23,765 nt of DNA. Origin: a bacterium. GTDB taxonomy: Bacteria; Desulfobacterota; DSWW01. The position numbers were made by a program, and so were the translations under genes. Each line of letters opens with the position of its first letter. Position 1 is the first letter of the stretch. The notes beneath the pieces were generated by a model. That model searched no databases. It was not told where the DNA came from and was given only the letters and a program-made list of their open reading frames with translations. The stretch spans positions 1 through 23,765 of the forward strand of contig JBFLZG010000083.1 of the NCBI GenBank assembly GCA_040756235.1, in the 5' to 3' direction. Positions 1-7,257 of the stretch are shown here, one piece after another.

Positions 1-71
1 ACTCGGGGGCACTTGGAGGTCCCCCGACCACTTTCACCAGGCCAGTTCACTTGTCAGAGGAGGGGTGATGC

Positions 72-374
72 ATGAACATGGTGAGCGAAGAGCGGATTCT
101 ACGGCTCCGTGAGGTTCGGGAGCGCACCGGCCTGGCACGCTCGAGCCTCTACCAACAGATCGCTCAGGGGAAGTTCCCCCGGCAGATCCGTCTCGGGCTG
201 AGGAGCGCGGGCTGGCTGGAGAGTGAAGTCAACGCCTGGATTGCCGAGAGGATCCGTGTGTCACGGCCGAGTGTGGGGCGAGGGGACGGAAACAGAACAG
301 CGGCGCTCGGTAGAGCAGTTGCACCTCTCACTCTACCCGGACCATCTAGCCGATCTGCGGACGAAGCGGTCTGA
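72..374 (+). CDS. alpA: AlpA-family phage regulatory HTH protein / possible recombination directionality factor
   Basis: RILRLREVRERTGLARSSLYQQIAQGKFPRQIRLGLRSAGWLESEVNAWI matches the AlpA pattern. GGAGGGG SD at 59-65. Start may be ATG 72 or 78. The C-terminal ~35 aa lie beyond the usual domain. Confidence 0.88.
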   Translation: MNMVSEERILRLREVRERTGLARSSLYQQIAQGKFPRQIRLGLRSAGWLESEVNAWIAERIRVSRPSVGRGDGNRTAALGRAVAPLTLPGPSSRSADEAV

Positions 375-525
375 TGAAATTATCCTTGACGCGGACCTGC
401 CGGAGTGTGTAGCGATATTGCTTGTTCGCGGTTGCGCGGCTCTCCTTCGTAATGCATGCCTCCAAAGAAACGGGCCGGGCCGACCTCGTGGTCCAAGAGA
501 ATCGAGAGGGGCAATGAATGTGACT

Positions 526-547
526 TGGGGGTAACTGTGCGGGTAAC
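526..547 (+). repeat. Tandem 10-bp direct repeats, candidate tyrosine-integrase arm-type sites
   Basis: TGGGGGTAAC (526-535) and TGCGGGTAAC (538-547): 1 mismatch, 12-bp period, about 65 bp inside the att core. Confidence 0.55.
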
Positions 548-578
548 AGCCTGCGGGATCCAAAGCGAGAAGGCTCAA

Positions 579-591
579 TATCAAGTACTTA
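579..591 (+). promoter_or_regulatory. IHF binding site within the att arm
   Basis: TATCAAGTACTTA matches the IHF consensus WATCAANNNNTTR exactly and lies between the arm repeats and the core. Confidence 0.6.
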
Positions 592-610
592 CAGCATCGA
601 TGTGATGGAC

Positions 611-623
611 ATCAGCTCCACCA
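611..623 (+). other. attR core: duplicated 3' end of tRNA-Ala (or tmRNA)
   Basis: ATCAGCTCCACCA is an alanine-type acceptor 3' strand ending in CCA. There is no TpsiC arm (GGTTCGA) upstream, so it is only a fragment. Confidence 0.7.
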
Positions 624-660
624 ACAAAGGGGGTCACCGCCGAGCGTGACCCCCTTTGTT
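623..660. terminator. Intrinsic terminator hairpin, possibly bidirectional; probably the original terminator of the target RNA gene
   Basis: Perfect 15-bp inverted repeat AACAAAGGGGGTCAC (623-637) / GTGACCCCCTTTGTT (646-660) with an 8-nt loop. Confidence 0.85.
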
Positions 661-682
661 CACCCTGACTTCGTCTCACCAC

Positions 683-721
683 AAAAAAAATGGGTTCCAC
701 CCCTTTGATGAGTTGGAACCC
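683..721 (-). terminator. Rho-independent terminator of the Lys/Ala/Pro microprotein gene
   Basis: GGGTTCCA (692-699) / TGGAACCC (714-721) stem followed on the minus strand by U8 (A-run 683-690), about 36 nt after the stop codon. Confidence 0.8.
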
Positions 722-757
722 TGGTCCGATCCTGTCGGATGAGACCTCGTCAGCAGC

Positions 758-865
758 TCACTTCTTGGCTGCTTTCTTGGGCGCTGCCTTCTTCTTCGGT
801 GCCGGTTTCTTGGCCGTCTTCTTGGCTGCAGGCTTCTTCGCGGGCTTCTTCTTGGCCGTTGCCAT
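758..865 (-). CDS. 35-aa histone H1-like Lys/Ala/Pro-rich basic microprotein (not in the ORF track)
   Basis: Manual translation gives MATAKKKPAKKPAAKKTAKKPAPKKKAAPKKAAKK*. SD AGGAGGT (879-873) lies 7 nt before the ATG. There is no in-frame upstream ATG before a TAA at 934-932. It has its own promoter and terminator. Confidence 0.85.
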   Translation of the reverse strand: MATAKKKPAKKPAAKKTAKKPAPKKKAAPKKAAKK

Positions 866-968
866 GCTCTCCACCTCCTGTGGTTCCTGGTTGTGAATCT
901 CGGGCCGAGTCTCCCATGTAGCTCCGAGACTTTATAACTCTATATCCCAACAACCCGATACCGGGTGA

Positions 969-1018
969 TTACAGCATTTTGGGTTTTGGAGAATTTACAC
1001 ATACAATATGTTGTATGT
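969..1018. promoter_or_regulatory. Palindromic operator plus a degenerate second copy, NrdR-box-like
   Basis: ACATACAA-TATG-TTGTATGT (999-1018). Its core ATACAATATGTTGTAT (1001-1016) fits acaCwAtATaTwGtgt. A weaker copy, TTACAGCATTTTGGGT (969-984), starts 32 bp away. Confidence 0.55.
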
Positions 1019-1021
1019 CAA
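992..1021 (-). promoter_or_regulatory. Sigma70-type promoter for the microprotein gene
   Basis: TTGACA (1021-1016), 18 bp, TAAATT (997-992) in an AT-rich island. An A/T tract just upstream could act as an UP element. Confidence 0.65.
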
Positions 1022-1252
1022 GAAAAAAGTTGACGGTTTTACAGGATTTCGATCTTTGTCGTCATTTTCTTCCAGAATTTTGTTTTCGGAGGAAGGAATT
1101 TTCCTGCAGAGAGATCCGGCAGGGCGGCTGCGAGGCCAGAGGCTGCGAAACGAAGCAGATGAATCGGAGGCTACACAGGCGGTCAGCTCCGCGAGCTTTC
1201 GACCCTCGAGAGGAGAGATTGTAGGGGGCCGCCGCATCTCGCGAGGAGCGAC

Positions 1253-2206
1253 TCAGAGGTTGAGCAAACGCAGGGCCCGTCGGCGGTCCAAACGCTCGAG
1301 CCCCGCCTTCCGGGCTGATGCCACCGCCTTTCCATACTCGGCCGCGTCGATGCCTCTCGAGAGCTCGGCATGCTCACGGGCCGTGCCGCAAGGCCTGTAC
1401 TGATCCATGATGTTGACGTAGGTCTCTCGCGAGAGGTTCCGGGCAATCCAGCTCATGGCTTCTTCGGTACCGGCGAGATCCTGCGGCAGGACGAGATGGC
1501 GGACCAGCAAACCTCTCCTGGCGACACCGGATTCGTCCAACTCCAGATCCCCCACCTGCCTGTACATCTCCCTGAGGGCGATGCACACGATTCCCGGGTA
1601 GTCAGCCGCTGCGGAGAACCGCTCGGCCGGGTCCGGGTGCGTGAACTTGTAATCGGGCATGTAGATCTCTACGACACCCTCCAGAAGCCCGAGCGTCTCC
1701 GGCAGGTCGTAGCCGCCCGTGTTGTACACGATGGGAATGCGGAGCCCCGCCTCGACGGCCATGGGCAGCGCCTCCATGAATTGAGCGACAACGTGGCTCG
1801 GCGAAACCAGGTTGACGTTGCTGCAGCCCTGACGTTGCAGGTGGACCATGAGACGGGCCAGATCCGCGGGCCCAACCTCCTCCCCTTCGCCGCCATGGCT
1901 GATCTCGTAGTTCTGACAGAAGCAGCAGAGCAGGTTGCAGTGGCTGAAGAAGATGGTCCCGGAACCGCCCGAGCCCACGAGCGGCTCTTCTTCACCGAAG
2001 TGAGGACCGTAGCTGGCAACCACGGCTCTCCTGCCGGTCCGGCAGAAACCGCGCTGGTCCTCCAGGCGGTTGACGCCACACCTCCTGGGGCAGAGGCAAC
2101 AGGATGCCAGGCGCGCCACCGCCTCTCGCGCCCTCCGCTCGAGCAGACCCGTTCGGTAGGCGCCCAGATAAGCCGGCGATCTCGTCTCTGTCACGATCGG
2201 TCTCAA
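1253..2206 (-). CDS. Radical SAM protein, PflX-like (putative PFL-activating-enzyme-related, uncharacterised)
   Basis: CxxxCxxC motif (CNLLCCFC) after GSGTIFFSH. N-terminal CxLCPRxCxVNR...GFC cluster. YNTGGY, YMPDYK, VRHLVLP and NIMDQYRP motifs. TTG start overlaps the gloB stop (TTGA). Confidence 0.88.
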   Translation of the reverse strand: MRPIVTETRSPAYLGAYRTGLLERRAREAVARLASCCLCPRRCGVNRLEDQRGFCRTGRRAVVASYGPHFGEEEPLVGSGGSGTIFFSHCNLLCCFCQNYEISHGGEGEEVGPADLARLMVHLQRQGCSNVNLVSPSHVVAQFMEALPMAVEAGLRIPIVYNTGGYDLPETLGLLEGVVEIYMPDYKFTHPDPAERFSAAADYPGIVCIALREMYRQVGDLELDESGVARRGLLVRHLVLPQDLAGTEEAMSWIARNLSRETYVNIMDQYRPCGTAREHAELSRGIDAAEYGKAVASARKAGLERLDRRRALRLLNL

Positions 2207-2988
2207 CCGGAATAGGCGTTCCTCAGCTCGCGGAGCTTGGCAAACACGGAAACGGGGTCAGGAGGCAGGTCGGGATATCTCTTACGCACGGATTCGATCA
2301 CGGCGGCACAGTGACAGCGCAGGAATACGTTCGTTGCCTTCTCGACTGCGAGCGTGCCGGGGATCGTGCTCGACCCGCGCGCACGGAGCTCCGTCGCCTC
2401 TTTCAACCGGACCTGGAGCGCCGCGTTCGAACCTTCGATGGTGGTGCAGAAGGCGCGATTCTTCACCGTGTACTCATGGCCCGGGTAAATGCGGGTCTCC
2501 TCCGGAAGCTTCAGGATCTTCTCGTAGAGCGACTCGTAGAGCTGCTCGGCCGTGCCCTCGAAGAGCCGGCCGCATCCGCCCAGGAAGAGGGTGTCGCCGC
2601 AGAACAGCGCATCTCCGCATCGATACGCCATGTGCCCGAGCGTGTGCCCCGGGACGTGCAGGGCCTCGATCGCAAGCCCCTCGAAGCGAACGATCTCCCC
2701 GTCTCGGAGGCCTCGGCTCGCCCGCGCGACTCTGCCCGCGTCCTCTCGCGAGCACAGGACTTCCACGTTCTTCATGCGCCAGAGATCTTCGAGGCCTGCA
2801 ACGTGATCCCAGTGGTGATGGGTGACCAGGATGGCCTCGAGCTCGCAGCCTCTGGCCTCGACAGCCTGCCAGACCCCTTCGCACTCACCAGGGTCCACGA
2901 CGATGGCCCGGGGAGGGGTCTTCCCGTGGACCAGAAGGTAGGCGTAGTTGTCCTCGAACAGAGGCACGGAGACGACCTCAATGTCCAT
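2203..2988 (-). CDS. gloB: Hydroxyacylglutathione hydrolase (glyoxalase II, MBL fold)
   Basis: DNYAYL, VDPGE, THHHWDH, PGHTLGH, GDTLFLGGCGRLFEG, PGHEYT and EKATNVFLR motifs. ATG 2988 is preferred over the ORF-track start at 3015. Confidence 0.92.
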   Translation of the reverse strand: MDIEVVSVPLFEDNYAYLLVHGKTPPRAIVVDPGECEGVWQAVEARGCELEAILVTHHHWDHVAGLEDLWRMKNVEVLCSREDAGRVARASRGLRDGEIVRFEGLAIEALHVPGHTLGHMAYRCGDALFCGDTLFLGGCGRLFEGTAEQLYESLYEKILKLPEETRIYPGHEYTVKNRAFCTTIEGSNAALQVRLKEATELRARGSSTIPGTLAVEKATNVFLRCHCAAVIESVRKRYPDLPPDPVSVFAKLRELRNAYSG

Positions 2989-3040
2989 GGACCCGCCCTT
3001 CTCAGAAACCGGCAAGAAGAAAGCAGAGCCCCGCAGCCGG

Positions 3041-4948
3041 CTACAGGTCGAACACCTTCACGCTCTGTTGTTGCCGCAGGGTGGAGAGCCACTCCCGATA
3101 CATTTCCACGGACTTCCTCTCCTTCAGCGCAGACAGGACGTCCTCTTTTTCGGCCAGCAGGGCTTCCCGCGAAGGAACGACCCGCTCCTTCAGACGAAAC
3201 AGGAAGACCTTCCCGTTGACCTCGTGGGTTCGGCCGGGCAGAGGCTGGGCGTCGGTCAGGGAAAAGGACTCCTCCGCGAGCTCGGGAGATCGTCCGATCT
3301 TTGGGATCACCGGCTGAACCCGCGAAAACAGGCCCGTCTCCTGGATCTTGATCCCCTGCTCTTCCGCGATCTTCTCAAGAGGCTCTCCCTTCCGGATTCT
3401 CTCCAGGTCCTGCTCCGCCTTCTCCTTGGCGAGATCGAGGCTGCGCGCTACCCGATACTCGGCCTCCACGCGATCCCGCACCTGCTCGAAAGGCGGAATC
3501 TCGGACGGCTTCCGGTCGACCGCCTGGAGGACATAGTAGGCATCCTTCCCCTTCACCGCCTCGCTGATCTCCCCCTTCTGCAGCGCAAAGGCGGCCTGAA
3601 GCACCGCGTTTTCCATGCCCACGGAGGGGATCGGATCGTTCAGCGAAAGGAACTCCGTTTCCTGGACCGCCACGGTGTTTTCCGCCGGAAGGCCGCTTTG
3701 CAGGCTCTTGCTCTCCCTTGCGACCCAGAGAAACTCCTCGGCTTTCCGCCTCGCCAGGTGCCAGGCCTTCTCCCGGACCACGATGTCCCGGACCTTGTCC
3801 TTGACCTCTTCCAGAGGGTCCTCCTTGGCGGCCCTGTAGTCCTCCACCTTGAGCAGGTGCAGGCCGAACGGAGAAGTCACGATTCCGCTGACCTCGCCCG
3901 CCTTCAGCGCGAAAGCCGCCGACTCGATCTGAGGGGCCAGCTCTCCCCTGTTCACGTATCCCAGGTCTCCCTCGCGGATGGCGGATGAATCCTCCGAGTA
4001 GGTCTTGGCCAAGCGGGCGAAATCCTCTCCCTTGCGGACTCTGGCCAGCAGGCCCTCCAGGAATTTGCGCTTCTCCTGGACGGCGGCTTCATCGGCATTG
4101 GAGTGGACTCTCACCAGGATGTGACGCAGGTGAACCTCTTCCGGATGGGAGAACTCGTCCAGGTGATCCTCGTAGTAGTCCTCGAGGTCTCCGGTATGGA
4201 CCTCGACCTGTTCCCGGTACGCCTGCTCCGGGAAACGCGCGAAAGCCATCTTCACCTTCTCGGGCGTGCGGAACGAGTCGCCGTTCTGCTCGTAATACTG
4301 GCGCAGCGCTCCTTCCTCCATGCGGACCTTATTTTCGAGCTCCTTGGGATCGAAGTAGATGAATTGCAGATTGACCTTTTCCCTCTCCATCAGATACTGG
4401 TTCCAGAGCTCGAGCTCGGATACCTTGACCGTCCCGCGCACGATCTGCTGCAGCTTTTCCAGGAGCATCTCCTCGCGCACCTGATTTTCGAAGGCTTCCG
4501 GGGTAGTCCGGTTCATTTGCAGGACCCTGAGGTAGCCTTCCCGGTCGAAGGTGCCGTTGCGCTGGAAGTACGGCATGGAGCGTATCTTTTCCTGCAACTC
4601 GCGGTCGGAAACCTCCAGATGAAGCCGTTCCGCTTCCTGGCGCTCCAGCGCCCTGCTGATGAGACTGTCCAGAGCCGTTTCGCGCAGGCGCAACTGCTTG
4701 ACCATGTCCTCGGTGAGCTGATCGCTGTAGATCTGCTGGTAGTAGCGCAGGAGGTTGTCGGAAGCCGCATCCCATTCTCCTCGGCTGATCCGCCGCTCTC
4801 CGACCTGGGCCACCACGTAGCCCTGGTCCTCTCTGCTGTCCTGAATCGTCGGGAGGATCCCGAAGCCGATCACGAACGACAAGGCGATGCCCACGAGCAT
4901 GGCTTTGATGATCCAGGACCCGGCGTTGCGTCTCATGTAGCTCAGCAT
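3041..4948 (-). CDS. ppiD: PpiD-like membrane-anchored periplasmic chaperone / parvulin PPIase (SurA N-terminal domain)
   Basis: MLSYMRR plus an N-terminal TM segment, a SurA_N-like region, and a parvulin motif (HLRHIL...FARLAKTYSED...GDLGY...SPFGLHLLKV); 635 aa. Confidence 0.88.
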   Translation of the reverse strand: MLSYMRRNAGSWIIKAMLVGIALSFVIGFGILPTIQDSREDQGYVVAQVGERRISRGEWDAASDNLLRYYQQIYSDQLTEDMVKQLRLRETALDSLISRALERQEAERLHLEVSDRELQEKIRSMPYFQRNGTFDREGYLRVLQMNRTTPEAFENQVREEMLLEKLQQIVRGTVKVSELELWNQYLMEREKVNLQFIYFDPKELENKVRMEEGALRQYYEQNGDSFRTPEKVKMAFARFPEQAYREQVEVHTGDLEDYYEDHLDEFSHPEEVHLRHILVRVHSNADEAAVQEKRKFLEGLLARVRKGEDFARLAKTYSEDSSAIREGDLGYVNRGELAPQIESAAFALKAGEVSGIVTSPFGLHLLKVEDYRAAKEDPLEEVKDKVRDIVVREKAWHLARRKAEEFLWVARESKSLQSGLPAENTVAVQETEFLSLNDPIPSVGMENAVLQAAFALQKGEISEAVKGKDAYYVLQAVDRKPSEIPPFEQVRDRVEAEYRVARSLDLAKEKAEQDLERIRKGEPLEKIAEEQGIKIQETGLFSRVQPVIPKIGRSPELAEESFSLTDAQPLPGRTHEVNGKVFLFRLKERVVPSREALLAEKEDVLSALKERKSVEMYREWLSTLRQQQSVKVFDL

Positions 4949-5070
4949 AAGCGTTTACCCCCTCCGCGTGCTTCGAGCATGCCCGCACGGCCCTGCCGTG
5001 AGGGCCAGCGAGAATAAGGAAGTCCGGGTGGTCCGGTCCGTTCGCCCCCAACGGGCGCGTTCCCTCCTTC

Positions 5071-5099
5071 ATGTTAGAAGACCCACTATGAAAAAGCAA
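5071..5099 (-). promoter_or_regulatory. Candidate sigma70 promoter for ppiD-gloB-radical SAM
   Basis: TTGCTT (5099-5094), 17 bp, TAACAT (5076-5071). Confidence 0.45.
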
Positions 5100-5178
5100 A
5101 TATTCCGGGCCCTTTGCCCAAACTCGACCAAGCCGGGGAAAATGCGTGCTGCCGGCGGCCCCGCTCAACTCAAATTCT

Positions 5179-5207
5179 TTGACAACCGATGTTCATATTT
5201 ATAAGAT
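5179..5207 (+). promoter_or_regulatory. Sigma70 promoter for the mre/mrd operon
   Basis: TTGACA (5179-5184), 17 bp, TAAGAT (5202-5207), about 60 bp upstream of mreB. Confidence 0.7.
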
Positions 5208-5269
5208 CCTTCACGAAATGAGAGCATCATCTCATTCGCGAAAGACTTTTGGGACTCGAGGCGACAGAG

Positions 5270-6307
5270 ATGCTGTTTGACTGGCTTTTCGGGCTCTTCT
5301 CCAATGACCTGGCCATAGATCTGGGGACCGCCACGACCCTTGTCTACGTGAAGGGCAAGGGGATCGTCCTGAGCGAACCGTCGGTCGTCGCCATCCGGGA
5401 GGACGAATCCGGGGACCGGCGCATCGTTGCCATCGGCGGGGAAGCCAAGAAGATGATCGGGCGGACCCCGTCTCCGGTGACCGCAATCCGGCCCATACGG
5501 AAGGGCGTCATCTCGGATTTCGAAGTGACCGAGGAGATGTTGCGGCACTTCATCCTGCGCGTGCACCACCGCAGCAGCCTGGTGCGCCCGCGGATCATCA
5601 TCTGCGTGCCTTACGGCGCAACCGACGTGGAGCGAAGGGCCATCCGGGAATCCGCCCTTTCGGCCGGAGCCAGAGAGGTGTACCTCATCGAGGAGCCGCT
5701 GGCCGCCGCGATCGGCGCGGGGTTGGCGATCTCCGAGCCCAGCGGCAACCTCGTCCTGGACATCGGCGGAGGCACGACCGAGGTCGCCGTGATCTCGCTC
5801 TCCGGAATCGTTTACACCCACTGCATACGGATCGCCGGGGACACGCTCACGGAAGATATCCTTCAGTACGTCAAGAGAAAACACAATCTGCTCATCGGAG
5901 AGAATACGGCCGAGCAGGTCAAGGTGGCCCTGGGCTCTGCCTGGCCCGATGGCGACTGCCGGGTGATGGAAGTCAGGGGACGAGATCTGCTGGCCGGATT
6001 GCCGCGCAAGGTGCAGTTGCGCTCGGAAGAGGTCCATCAGGCCATTCAGGAATCGCTCAACAGCATCGTGGAGGCGGTCAAGATCACCCTCGAGCGCACG
6101 CCTCCGGAGCTGAGCGTCGACATCATCGAGCGGGGCATTGTCCTGACCGGAGGAGGTGCTCTTCTGGCCCACATGGATACGCTGTTGCACAAGGAAACGG
6201 GGCTGACCGTTCACGTCGCCAACGACCCGATCGCCTGCGTGGCCCTCGGCTCGGGAAGGGCGCTCCAGGAGCTCGCCCTTTTGAAGAGGGTGGCCCTTGC
6301 GGATTGA
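5270..6307 (+). CDS. mreB: Rod shape-determining actin-like protein MreB
   Basis: [42 protein letters not shown] and LTGGGALL motifs. ATG 5270 ([11 protein letters not shown]) is the likely start. It is followed by mreCD. Confidence 0.96.
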   Translation: MLFDWLFGLFSNDLAIDLGTATTLVYVKGKGIVLSEPSVVAIREDESGDRRIVAIGGEAKKMIGRTPSPVTAIRPIRKGVISDFEVTEEMLRHFILRVHHRSSLVRPRIIICVPYGATDVERRAIRESALSAGAREVYLIEEPLAAAIGAGLAISEPSGNLVLDIGGGTTEVAVISLSGIVYTHCIRIAGDTLTEDILQYVKRKHNLLIGENTAEQVKVALGSAWPDGDCRVMEVRGRDLLAGLPRKVQLRSEEVHQAIQESLNSIVEAVKITLERTPPELSVDIIERGIVLTGGGALLAHMDTLLHKETGLTVHVANDPIACVALGSGRALQELALLKRVALAD

Positions 6308-6411
6308 CTGCAGGGCGGAGCGGACAGGCGGTTCGCCCGCTCGACCGCCTCTGCATGAGAGTGTCGAACAAAACCCTGCCGCGACAGCCGCTCATCGATA
6401 GGGATCAAAGA

Positions 6412-7257
6412 GTGCTGGGTCTTCTTCATCGGCATCGAAGCGTACTGCTGTCCCTCCTGACGCTGATCGTCGCCTGCGCCATGCTCGTGGCCCACCGCAA
6501 CCGGCAGGCCAGCCCCTTCTTTCTTCAGCGCGCTCTTCTGGAAGTGACCGGCCCCTTTCAGAAGGGGATCACGGGAGGGGTCCGGCTGATCGGCGGAATT
6601 TGGAACCGCTATTTCGACCTCGTTCACGTGCAAGAGGAAAATCAGGCCCTCCGCGAGATCATCAAAGAGCTGAAGCGAGAGAGAATCCAGCTTCTGGAAG
6701 AAAGGAGCGAGAACGAACGCCTTCGCGGTCTGCTGGGATTCAAAGAGCGCTTCGAAAGTCCTCTGCTGCCTGCGGAAGTCATCGGCAGCGACGGCAGCGG
6801 TTGGTTTCAGACGCTGGTCATCGACCGAGGCCAGCGCGACGGCGTTCAGGAGGGGATGGCGGTCATGACGGTCGAAGGCGTCGTCGGCCAGGTCATGGAA
6901 TGCTCGCGGAATTTCTCACGCGTCCTCCTGATCACGGATCCCAACAGCAGCATAGCCGCGGTCCTGCAGAGCACGAGGGCCCCGGGGATCGTGGAGGGCG
7001 CCGGCCGGCAGAAGTGCATCCTCAAATACCTCCAGCAGTCCGAGACCGTGGAGGCGGGTGAAGTGACCTTGTCTTCCGGAGTGGACGGCATCTATCCCAA
7101 AGGCCTCCCCATCGGAACGGTCTCCGAGGTGCAAAAGCAGGACGCTCAGCTTTTCCAGTATGTCGAGATCCAGCCGTTCGTCCGCTTCGACAAGCTCGAA
7201 GAGGTATTCATCCTCTACCACCTCCCCCGGGAGAGCGAACAGCCGGAGAGCCCATGA
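6412..7257 (+). CDS. mreC: Rod shape-determining protein MreC
   Basis: TM segment, coiled coil (ENERLRGLLGF), AEVIG, IDRGQRDGV, GVVGQV, VLLITD and SSGVDGIYPKGLPIG. GTG 6412 is the likely start; the ORF is open from 6304. Confidence 0.93.
   Translation: MLGLLHRHRSVLLSLLTLIVACAMLVAHRNRQASPFFLQRALLEVTGPFQKGITGGVRLIGGIWNRYFDLVHVQEENQALREIIKELKRERIQLLEERSENERLRGLLGFKERFESPLLPAEVIGSDGSGWFQTLVIDRGQRDGVQEGMAVMTVEGVVGQVMECSRNFSRVLLITDPNSSIAAVLQSTRAPGIVEGAGRQKCILKYLQQSETVEAGEVTLSSGVDGIYPKGLPIGTVSEVQKQDAQLFQYVEIQPFVRFDKLEEVFILYHLPRESEQPESP

Larger units (their letters stand above)
1..623. mobile_element. Right-hand end of an integrative element (prophage/satellite/genomic island) inserted at a tRNA-Ala or tmRNA 3' end; continues left of the window
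   Basis: AlpA gene, tandem arm-like repeats (526-547), IHF consensus (579-591) and the tRNA/tmRNA-type 3' end ATCAGCTCCACCA (611-623) followed at once by a terminator. No integrase is in the window. Confidence 0.7.

Noticed and set aside
223..584. ORFs 223-534 (+) and 333-584 (-) inside the element end
   Set aside because: They have no recognisable motifs, overlap alpA or the att arm, and lack a convincing SD.
548..623. Possible intact tRNA gene ending in CCA at 623
   Set aside because: No T-arm (GGTTCGA), D-arm or matching 5' acceptor strand is present. Only the last ~13 nt are tRNA-like.
722..760. TGA of the microprotein followed by a small hairpin (TCCGA-CAGGA-TCGGA), a possible selenocysteine/SECIS readthrough
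   Set aside because: The stem is short and the loop does not start with G. There is no redox-motif context, and readthrough would run into the terminator.
690..896. Plus-strand 68-aa hydrophobic ORF (FLAAFLGAAFFFGAG...) that looks like a membrane peptide
   Set aside because: It is the antisense reading of the Lys/Ala/Pro gene (AAG codons read as CTT/TTC). The SD, promoter and terminator all support the minus strand.
979..1446. Several short ORFs across the AT-rich region and the radical SAM 3' end
   Set aside because: They span promoter DNA or are antisense or out-of-frame to a real gene, with no protein-like features.
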